DNA from: a bacterium
Lineage (GTDB): Bacteria > Electryoneota > Electryoneia > Electryoneales > Electryoneaceae
Assembly: GCA_043801585.1 (NCBI GenBank)
Contig: JAZDLX010000013.1
Location: forward strand, 1 to 34,233
Direction: 5' to 3'
Length of the DNA stretch: 34,233 nt
The notes below the pieces were generated by a model. The model did no database searches. It was not told where the DNA came from and saw only the letters and a list, made by a program, of their open reading frames with translations. Shown piece by piece: positions 26,591-34,233 of this stretch. Positions within the stretch are counted from its first letter, which is position 1, and every line of letters starts with the position of its first letter. The position numbers were made by a program, and so were the translations under genes.

Positions 26591-28708
26591 CTAACGCAAC
26601 GCGGTGGGAGGTGAACTGGCATCAAGAAGCATGCGATTGACCAACCCCGCCCAGACGTAGGTCGTGTGCCAGCCTCCCCACGCCTCGTCCGGACTGTAAA
26701 ATTCCCACAGCGTGTGGGTCTCCCGCAACACCTGAATCATTCCCCGGGCTACGCGGTGAGCGAGTTCGCGAGCGTCGTCATCGTATCCATAGTTGAACAA
26801 ACCGCGTTGGATAAGGTAATTCCACTCCACCCACACAGGGCCGTTCCAATAACCTTTCGGGTTGTAAAAGGGGTCATCGGCGGACAGGCTCGGAACTCCG
26901 TATTGTCTCCAGAACTCATTCCTGTTGGTGAGGTGTTCGCCGATCAACCGGGCCGCTTGCTGTTCGGATGCGATCCCCGCCCAGAGGGGGAGAAATCCAA
27001 TAATCTCCTTGCGTTTCAGATCGTCCGGACGGTGTACGGAGAAGTTGTGATGATTAAGAGAAACGTGGTAAAAAAATCCTGTCTCCTCATCCCACATTGT
27101 GTCGCGGATTTTCTCCGCGCGCGCCTCTGCCTCCATTCGAAAATCGGCAGCATCGTTGAAAAGGCCAAGTTCCCGCGCCATCTCCGCAAGCGACTTCGCC
27201 TCCATGACAAGTATGCAATTCAGGTCGAGCGCCTCCACTTCGGTGGGGTCGGCGACCTCGTCCCAAACGGCGACACGAGCGTCACGCACCGATTCCAGCA
27301 CCGCGTTGCCTCCCCATTCGCAGAGACCGTCGCCATCCCTGTCACGGTGGGCTGTGTACCAGCGGTATAGCCGCTTGGAGGATGCGTACATCTGTTCGAG
27401 GAATGGACGGTCGTGGGTGATGCGGTACACTTCCCAATTCGTCCACGCGTACCAGGGAGCGGAGGTGGTGCGCTGGCCGTTCGTTTCGATCGTTTCGTTC
27501 AGGTAGGGACCGATGCGGTACGGGATGTAGCCATCCGTGTCCTGACGCATCGCGAAAAAGCGCTGGCTGTCCATGGCCCCGGCCGGATCCATCAGCGCGT
27601 ACGCCATCATCGTCAGGCTTTCGTGAAACACCTGCCCGCCGTGTCCCCACCCCCAGCTCGGCTCTCTGCTGAAGACGTAATAATTCACCGGAGCGTCAGC
27701 TTCCGGAGGGAGCATCACCTGCCGCATCATCGCCCAGCAGCTCCAGTAGAGAAGCTGGAGGTTCTTGTCGTTTGACTTCAGAGGCGGCACCCTTCTGAAC
27801 AACTCCTCGTCGTTGCGCTGCATTTGTGCAAAGTCGCTGGCCAGTAGCATGCGGGCTTTGCCTCGAAGTTCATGCCGTTCGGACTCAGTGGCTGCCACAC
27901 CACGCACGATGCGCACCTGGCGGCGAGCCATGGGGAGCATTTCGATGTCCAGCAGGAGTGCGACCGTTCTCGCACTTATTCTTTCTTCCAACCCTTTATC
28001 AGCCACACTGTGAAGCAGCACCGACAGAGCATCGGCCGTGCCATCTTGTGCGGTCAGCGTCGCGGGGCGAGAGATGAAACCGGGATTCGCAAGCACGAGG
28101 TCGTGGACCGGGGAAACAGCAGGAACGTCATGCTCAAGGGTCCAGAGATCCGGAGATTCCTCGTGCTGCATGGTCATGCCACCCGGTTCGAATCGAATCT
28201 TTTGGAAGACATCCTTTTCGTACCGGAGATAGAGAAGCAACTTCACAGTGCGAGGAAACCGAGTCAGATTGCGAAGCGAAATCTCCTGCATGGCGAGTTG
28301 GCTCGAATGCACGACAAATGTGCCGGAAATCTCCAGGTCGGACAGCGGGCGGCCCTTCCATTCCATCATGTCCGGGTAAGAGAGCGTTATCAGGGGTGCT
28401 TCATTCCACTGCTTCAACGTGACAGCTTCGCGGTCTCCATCCGATACTGCCAATCCCCATTCTCCGGCACTGTCCGTCGTGAATTCCACGGGGGAATCGC
28501 GATCGTAGAATCGAAAGTGGTACCCTTCGTCAAGAACGAACCTGCTTCGTTCTTTTGTTGCGGCATAGGTCGTGTAAAGCGGCGAGTCCACCGAAACCTT
28601 CAGCCGTGAGAGAGGAGGTGTGGAGATGTTTTCGCATCCGGTGACGATCACCGCAAGAAATACGAAACCATGGACGGTATGATGGAAAAACCGGCGAAGC
28701 GCATCCAC
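26591..28708 (-). CDS. GH63/MGH1-like (alpha/alpha)6 glycoside hydrolase, probable lipoprotein
   Basis: AAGGAGG RBS; lipobox VTGC; motifs DRDGDGL, ESVRD, MWDEETGFF, FLPLWAG, YWNGPVW, WEFYSP. Confidence 0.75.
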   Translation of the reverse strand: MDALRRFFHHTVHGFVFLAVIVTGCENISTPPLSRLKVSVDSPLYTTYAATKERSRFVLDEGYHFRFYDRDSPVEFTTDSAGEWGLAVSDGDREAVTLKQWNEAPLITLSYPDMMEWKGRPLSDLEISGTFVVHSSQLAMQEISLRNLTRFPRTVKLLLYLRYEKDVFQKIRFEPGGMTMQHEESPDLWTLEHDVPAVSPVHDLVLANPGFISRPATLTAQDGTADALSVLLHSVADKGLEERISARTVALLLDIEMLPMARRQVRIVRGVAATESERHELRGKARMLLASDFAQMQRNDEELFRRVPPLKSNDKNLQLLYWSCWAMMRQVMLPPEADAPVNYYVFSREPSWGWGHGGQVFHESLTMMAYALMDPAGAMDSQRFFAMRQDTDGYIPYRIGPYLNETIETNGQRTTSAPWYAWTNWEVYRITHDRPFLEQMYASSKRLYRWYTAHRDRDGDGLCEWGGNAVLESVRDARVAVWDEVADPTEVEALDLNCILVMEAKSLAEMARELGLFNDAADFRMEAEARAEKIRDTMWDEETGFFYHVSLNHHNFSVHRPDDLKRKEIIGFLPLWAGIASEQQAARLIGEHLTNRNEFWRQYGVPSLSADDPFYNPKGYWNGPVWVEWNYLIQRGLFNYGYDDDARELAHRVARGMIQVLRETHTLWEFYSPDEAWGGWHTTYVWAGLVNRMLLDASSPPTALR

Positions 28709-29080
28709 AGTTCAGCCTCCTTTCAGAATGACGCGGGCAGAGGGGTCTGCATTGCTGAAGTGTGGTGAATCGATCCGGTTGGTTGCAAGGGGGAAACACA
28801 GGGATCCTGTTTCGCAGATTTCTGCTGAACATGATCTGAAGGTGGGAGAAGCCCCGGATCTGACTTGGCCGCTTGTCGTGCACCTATGCCCTCTCCGGCG
28901 AGAACGACACAGAGATTGTTCTGGCAAAGAAAAGGTTTTCGAAAGAACCAACAAGCGACCCATAAATTACGTTAAAACAAGAAAATACTAGGGAGTATGA
29001 TAGAGAGTCGAGTTGACTTTCGGCACATAGATTTTTCTCTTCGATTGATATTATTTGGGATTTAAGTGACAGGGGAGTCT

Positions 29081-29659
29081 ATGTCGGCACGGAGAATCCT
29101 GCTGCTGCAACTGATTAGCGGCTTCTTGCTGTCCTTTTTAAAAGTCAATGCAGGCGCTAACCAGCGTCCTCCGAGTGCGGAGTCTTCGGATCTCGACTGC
29201 CCCCAACGCCATGTCGAGGATAACTGGACCCAGCTTCGACAACCGTTGCGCTTCAACCACCAGAAAACCGCTTTTCCTTTGCCGGGTAAGCACCAGAAGA
29301 CCTCCTGCCAGGCATGCCATCCGGGCGGAAGCCGGGAAAAACAGCACGCTTTTTCCACCGCACCCACCAACCGTGCTACCTGCTATGCTGACGTACACCG
29401 TGCCGAGATGGGCGTGCAATGTGAACGGTGCCATTCCCCGGAGGACTTGCATGGGAACAATCTGCTCTTTGACCATGACGGGGATTCACGTTTTGCGTTG
29501 CGCGGAGCGCACGAAAGGGTCGCCTGCAGCGACTGCCACCATGATGTCGAGCGGGCGGACGGAAAGAGCTACGTGCGTTATAAGCCGCTGGACCTCGCAT
29601 GCGCTTCATGCCATAGTCCCCAGTCGATCAAACGTTGGGAGAATGAGCAGCATAACTGA
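29081..29659 (+). CDS. Multiheme cytochrome c, probably degenerate (4 intact and 2 broken CxxCH)
   Basis: GGGGAG RBS, signal-like N-terminus; CQACH, CERCH, CSDCH, CASCH; FxLxGxH repeats; broken motifs CPQRH and RATCY. Confidence 0.75.
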   Translation: MSARRILLLQLISGFLLSFLKVNAGANQRPPSAESSDLDCPQRHVEDNWTQLRQPLRFNHQKTAFPLPGKHQKTSCQACHPGGSREKQHAFSTAPTNRATCYADVHRAEMGVQCERCHSPEDLHGNNLLFDHDGDSRFALRGAHERVACSDCHHDVERADGKSYVRYKPLDLACASCHSPQSIKRWENEQHN

Positions 29660-29887
29660 TGGACGACAAAAAGACTGATTTTCGCACGCTCCCACCACTT
29701 CTATTTTCTCCGCTCTAGCAGGTTTTCGCGATACAGTGGTCTGCCAACATCCGGAAATCCACAGGGTCCTTCAGGTTTGAAGACCTGAAGGAATCAAAAG
29801 ATCAATCCCTGATCTCTAGTGAAACGCACAAACAACAAGTGTTTGCAACGCACATTTTTGTTCTCCATCGACAACTTCAAACCTGAT

Positions 29888-29993
29888 CGTCCCAAATTGC
29901 GACAACCCGTACCACACTGCAACGGATTTCATCGAAAGTCAAGTAGCTATTCGCTTGTGATATAAAGAGTTATGAATTGGTACGGGGTTTGTA
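29888..29993 (+). promoter_or_regulatory. Probable sigma-54 promoter with tandem activator sites for the ABC operon
   Basis: TTGGTACGGGGTTTGTA (29977-29993; GT at -12); CGT-N11-ACA (29888-29904) and CGT-N11-ACG (29908-29924). Confidence 0.55.
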
Positions 29994-30021
29994 CCCCTCT
30001 CCTCAAAGAGCGGGAGACTGG

Positions 30022-31266
30022 ATGGACCTGGATCGAGAAAAGAAGGATATCGATCGTCAACGGCTGCGCCGGGTGCTGATTGCCGCCGGGTGTGTGGGGG
30101 CGGCAATTGTCCTTTTCTTTGCTGTTCGGCACCTTGTCAGCCCCTCTGTTTCACTGAAACGGCTTCGCTTTGGGACGATCGATCGTGGCGATGTTCGCGC
30201 CTCCATAGAAGCGACCGGCACGATACAGCCCGGCGAGGAACGCGTACTTGCCGCTCCTTTCGACAGCCGGGTTGCCTCCATTCTCTGCAAGACCGGTGAA
30301 TCGCTGGAACCGGGCACTCCGCTGCTGACTCTCGACGACCGTGAACTTCGCAACCACTACGATCGGATCAGCGACGAAATCGCTCTCAAGCGAAATCAGA
30401 AAGACCAGCTCGTGATCGAGCGTGAACGAACGCTTGACAGGATGAAAAGCGACAGCGAAGAGCTGAACCTGAAAGTGGAGTACCTCGATGCCAAGACGAA
30501 ACAGCAGCAGGAATTGTATGACATGGGGGCGGCGACAGATTGGGCGTTGAGGCAGGCACAGCTCGACGAGAACATCGCCCGGCTGCAAGTCGAGCACCAC
30601 AACCGGGAATTTGAACGGACAACCCGCAGTTTGGAAAAACAGATTGAGGGCGCCGGGATCGAAATCAAACTGCTTGCGGGGGAGCAATCGGAGCTGAAGA
30701 CTCAGCTTGACGAGGCGACTGTCCATGCGGGAATCCGGGGCGTGCTCACGTGGATCGTTGAGGAAACGGGCGCGAGTGTCCGGACGGGGGATGTTCTCGC
30801 CCGGGTGGCGGACCTTAGCCGGTTTCGCGCGGAAGCGTCTGTTTCCGACATCCACATTAACCGGTTGAAAGTCGGAATGCCGGTGGTGATCATCGCCTAT
30901 CAGGACACTCTCGGGGGTGTCATCTCGAGCATCTCTCCGGCCGTAGAACGGGGGGAGGTCAATTTTGACATTGAATTGGATGATCCTCGAAATCAGGCGC
31001 TCAGAGTGAATCTGCGAGTGGATGTCCACGTGCTTTATGACGTGGTCCACGATGCGCTTCGCCTGTCCAAGGGTGCCAGTATACAGGGGTCGGGAACGCA
31101 AGAGGTGTTTGTTCTCCGGGGAAATGAGCTGGTTCGGACGAAAGTGACGCTCGGGCTGGCTGGGGTGAAAACGTACGAAGTGGTCTCAGGGTTGAGCGAA
31201 GGGGATCGAGTTGTCCTTTCCGACATGCGCGATTTCATGCACCTGGAGCGGATACGGCTACGTTAA
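30022..31266 (+). CDS. HlyD/MacA-type periplasmic adaptor
   Basis: GGGAG RBS, N-terminal TM, biotinyl-lipoyl-like halves, coiled coil, VVSGLSEGDRVV. Confidence 0.9.
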   Translation: MDLDREKKDIDRQRLRRVLIAAGCVGAAIVLFFAVRHLVSPSVSLKRLRFGTIDRGDVRASIEATGTIQPGEERVLAAPFDSRVASILCKTGESLEPGTPLLTLDDRELRNHYDRISDEIALKRNQKDQLVIERERTLDRMKSDSEELNLKVEYLDAKTKQQQELYDMGAATDWALRQAQLDENIARLQVEHHNREFERTTRSLEKQIEGAGIEIKLLAGEQSELKTQLDEATVHAGIRGVLTWIVEETGASVRTGDVLARVADLSRFRAEASVSDIHINRLKVGMPVVIIAYQDTLGGVISSISPAVERGEVNFDIELDDPRNQALRVNLRVDVHVLYDVVHDALRLSKGASIQGSGTQEVFVLRGNELVRTKVTLGLAGVKTYEVVSGLSEGDRVVLSDMRDFMHLERIRLR

Positions 31267-31305
31267 TGCGGGCTGCGCCGGAGTGCGCACCCGGGAGGAG
31301 TTGAC

Positions 31306-31968
31306 ATGATTCAACTTTCGAACGTTCGCAAGGTATATCAGACCGAAAAAATCCTGACCCTTGCTCTGGACGACATCGATCTTGAAGTCAAAGATGGGGA
31401 ATTTGTGTCGGTAATGGGACCTTCTGGATGTGGAAAGAGCACGCTGCTGAATATGATCGGTCTGCTCGATGCTCCTACGGAGGGTCGCATTAACATCGCC
31501 GGGCAAGAGGTTTCTCGACTCGGAGATATCCGTCGAGCTCACTACCGCAACGAGTACATCGGATTTGTTTTCCAGCAGTTCCATTTGATCCGCGAGTTAA
31601 GCGTTCTGGACAACGTTGAAATACCGTTGTTGTACCGGCGGGTTGGACGAAAGGAGCGTCGGAAACGGTGTCTCGACGCCCTGGAACAGGTCGGTTTAAG
31701 CTCGCGGATCCATCATCGGCCGACACAACTCTCCGGTGGTCAACAACAGCGTGTGGCGATCGCACGGGCGATCGTTGGCCAGCCGAAAATTCTGCTGGCG
31801 GATGAGCCGACGGGAAACCTCGACAGCACCATGGGCGACGAGATCATGAAGATTCTTCATGATCTGAACGCATCCGGGACGACGATCGTAATGGTCACCC
31901 ACGACCGAGACTTGGCGAAGCGGACGATGCGCGTGGTGCATCTGTTCGACGGCCGTCAAATCCATTAA
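31306..31968 (+). CDS. ABC transporter ATP-binding protein (MacB/LolD type)
   Basis: GPSGCGKS, GFVFQQF, LSGGQQQR, LLADEPTGNLD, VTHD. Confidence 0.96.
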   Translation: MIQLSNVRKVYQTEKILTLALDDIDLEVKDGEFVSVMGPSGCGKSTLLNMIGLLDAPTEGRINIAGQEVSRLGDIRRAHYRNEYIGFVFQQFHLIRELSVLDNVEIPLLYRRVGRKERRKRCLDALEQVGLSSRIHHRPTQLSGGQQQRVAIARAIVGQPKILLADEPTGNLDSTMGDEIMKILHDLNASGTTIVMVTHDRDLAKRTMRVVHLFDGRQIH

Positions 31969-31978
31969 GGAGGCTGCC

Positions 31979-33238
31979 ATGTTGCTGAATTACTTGAAGA
32001 CGACATTGGCGGTGCTGCTGAGGCGAAAGTTTTTCACGTTCGTCAATATTTTTGCAATCACCTTCACACTCGGTGTGTTACTCACGGTAACTGCAATCTT
32101 TGATTACGTTTTTATCAGTTCGCCGCCGGATATCCACGGTGACCGCACCGTGGGAATCTATCGGGTTACGGCTGAATATAAACGCGACAAGGGAGGCATA
32201 GGCACTTCCAGCGGGTTTTCCAGTTTTCATCTGCTGAAAGAACTCCTGCCCGGCCTTCCCGGGGTGGAAAGGTACTCTGTCCACAAGGTCGTGTGGAAAG
32301 CACAGGTCTTTTTCGACAACCGCCGTGCCGATCTTTTCGTGAAATACATGGACGCCAAGTACTGGCAGTTAATGCAGTTCAACTTTCTCGAAGGACGGCC
32401 ATTCACACAAGATGAATTTGCTTCCGCGAGTCCGGTGGCTGTGATTAACCGTGCTGTTCGAGAGAAGTATTTCGGGAATGGACAGGCTGTTGGTAGGACG
32501 ATAGAAATTGATGGAAATCGAATTCACATTGTGGGAGTGGTCGAAAATGTTCCGATTCTTCGTGCCGTCACTACCTTTTCGGAAGTCTATCTACCCTACA
32601 CCCTGCTTTCGGATTACGATCAGCCGCATCAGGTAGATGGCTTGTGGGAAGCAACCATCAGGGTGAATTCCAAGGAAGACATACCCTTGATGCGTGAGGA
32701 GTTTGTCAGGCGATTGGGAGAGTATCTCGCTGCACGACCAACCTATGTCAATATCTTTGCCCGTCCGGAAACAGTCGTCGATATGGTCGCAAGAACACTC
32801 TTAAGCTTTGGTAAATCAACCGAAAGCATGACGTGGTTGCTGAATTTGTTGTTCGCCGGACTTGCGGTCATGTTCATGATTCTCCCGGCTGTCAATCTGA
32901 TTAATCTGAATACCAGCCGAATTCTTGAACGTTCTGGAGAAATCGGCGTGCGAAAAGCCTTCGGCGCCTCCTCGTTGACGCTCGTTGGTCAGTTTCTCGC
33001 GGAAAATATCCTGCTGACAATTGTGGGCGGAATTCTTGGGCTTGCATTTGCATACCTGCTCCTCGATTTCGTCGTCAACGCGGGACTGATCCCTTATGGG
33101 ACGTTCAGCGTGAACTACCGCGTGCTCCTGGTGGGTGTTCTCGCCGTATTTGTTTTTGGATTGTTGTCTGGAGTTCTTCCTGCCTGGAGGATGTCACGGA
33201 TGCATCCAGTCGACGCATTGAAAGGGGGTGTCCTGTGA
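31979..33238 (+). CDS. ABC permease (MacB periplasmic core plus FtsX domain)
   Basis: AAGGAGG RBS; LEGRPF, AVGRTI, IVGVV, ERSGEIGVRKAFGAS, PAWRMSRMHPVDALK. Confidence 0.92.
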   Translation: MLLNYLKTTLAVLLRRKFFTFVNIFAITFTLGVLLTVTAIFDYVFISSPPDIHGDRTVGIYRVTAEYKRDKGGIGTSSGFSSFHLLKELLPGLPGVERYSVHKVVWKAQVFFDNRRADLFVKYMDAKYWQLMQFNFLEGRPFTQDEFASASPVAVINRAVREKYFGNGQAVGRTIEIDGNRIHIVGVVENVPILRAVTTFSEVYLPYTLLSDYDQPHQVDGLWEATIRVNSKEDIPLMREEFVRRLGEYLAARPTYVNIFARPETVVDMVARTLLSFGKSTESMTWLLNLLFAGLAVMFMILPAVNLINLNTSRILERSGEIGVRKAFGASSLTLVGQFLAENILLTIVGGILGLAFAYLLLDFVVNAGLIPYGTFSVNYRVLLVGVLAVFVFGLLSGVLPAWRMSRMHPVDALKGGVL

Positions 33239-34233
33239 TTCGCCACTTGTGGAGATTGTTCTGGGTCCGGCGCCGTGTCAACGGAATGCTTCTGGTGGAG
33301 GTCGTACTCTCGTTCATCGTGCTCTTCATCGTGGTCTACCTGGCGATGGGCAGCGTTCAGCGATGGAATCTCCCAACAGGTTTTGACTATCACGACAGGT
33401 ACGTGGTGTACCTGGACTGGTTGCAAAGTGAAAAGGCGAGCAGGGAGCAGGCCCGAGAGAGGCTCGAACTGGGTGTTCGAATGATGCGTGAAGCGAAATC
33501 AATGCCCGGTGTGCTCGCTGTAGGGGCGATGGATCCGCCCGTGTATGGAATTGGATACAGTTATACACGTTTGGAATACAACGGTCGCAAAATTAACTGC
33601 GAATTTGCTCGAGCAGATGTGGGCTTGAAAGATGTTTTTGATATCCATGTCGAACAAGGGCGTTGGTTTGAGGAAGCTGATAATGCTCTTGACTGGAATC
33701 CCGTTGTGATCACTCGCCAAATGGCGGAGGAGCTGTTCGGTGACGATGATCCGTTGGGCAAAAGTGTCGACGAAGGAGAAATTTTACGTGTCGTTGGTGT
33801 TATTGACGCTTTTCGGCCTCATGGAGAATTGGCGGCCCGGCTTCCGGTGATTTTCGTACATCAAAGAACGGTGCCAGGCGAGGACTCCATTCGGCCCTTG
33901 GTGGCATTGGTTGTGCATGCGGATGCGAAAGTGCCGGCGGACTTTGAATATGATTTGCTGAAGAAAATGCAGGCGTTGGCGCCGGATTGGTCGATTACTG
34001 TGAATTCATTGGAGAACATGCGGTCTTCTTCCATGCGGTTCGGATTGATGCCCATTGTAATTGTAACGATCATCGCGATCTTCCTCCTTGTGATGGTTGT
34101 CCTCGGAATGGTCGGTGTGTTCTGGCAGGCGGTGATCAGCCGTGTCGAGGAATTGGGTTTGCGAAGAGCTTTTGGCGGGACTCGAACACAGGTGCGCTGG
34201 CAGATTCTCGGAGAGGTCATCGTACTTACCCTT
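33235..34233 (+). CDS. Second ABC permease (FtsX-like), truncated by the window end
   Basis: GTG overlaps the previous TGA; frame read by hand is open for 333 codons; QGRWF, PLGK, VVGV, RVEELGLRRAFGG. Absent from the ORF track because there is no stop. Confidence 0.9.
   Translation, partial: MIRHLWRLFWVRRRVNGMLLVEVVLSFIVLFIVVYLAMGSVQRWNLPTGFDYHDRYVVYLDWLQSEKASREQARERLELGVRMMREAKSMPGVLAVGAMDPPVYGIGYSYTRLEYNGRKINCEFARADVGLKDVFDIHVEQGRWFEEADNALDWNPVVITRQMAEELFGDDDPLGKSVDEGEILRVVGVIDAFRPHGELAARLPVIFVHQRTVPGEDSIRPLVALVVHADAKVPADFEYDLLKKMQALAPDWSITVNSLENMRSSSMRFGLMPIVIVTIIAIFLLVMVVLGMVGVFWQAVISRVEELGLRRAFGGTRTQVRWQILGEVIVLTL

Noticed and set aside
29767..29792. Perfect 10-bp inverted repeat TCCTTCAGGT/ACCTGAAGGA
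   Set aside because: Single copy with no U-tract; cannot distinguish REP, operator or terminator.

Overview
GC-rich chromosomal window from a Gram-negative anaerobe; gene content suggests the FCB superphylum (inference). In order: a small holin-like membrane gene; pyruvate:ferredoxin/flavodoxin oxidoreductase (nifJ); a rearranged patch at 4.6-6.8 kb (APAAT-repeat lipoprotein, paired palindromic elements, a displaced copy of a gene 3' end, a DUF6064-like pseudogene); a conserved 'asparagine synthetase B'-type exported protein; a membrane protein; a candidate sigma-54-dependent small RNA; a YfcC transporter; TetR plus methyltransferase; divergent glpD(+DUF1861/GT108)/glpK; a sigma-54-driven Cu/Ag RND efflux operon (cusC-cusB-cusA plus a metal-binding protein) next to a sensor kinase/NtrC-type pair; a GH63-like lipoprotein; a decaying multiheme cytochrome c; and a MacAB/FtsX-type ABC operon cut by the window end. 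No tRNA, rRNA, CRISPR array, transposase, integrase or reverse transcriptase was seen. The best novel candidate is the ~120-nt sigma-54 sRNA at about 8710-8830. All family calls come from motif recognition, not database searches.
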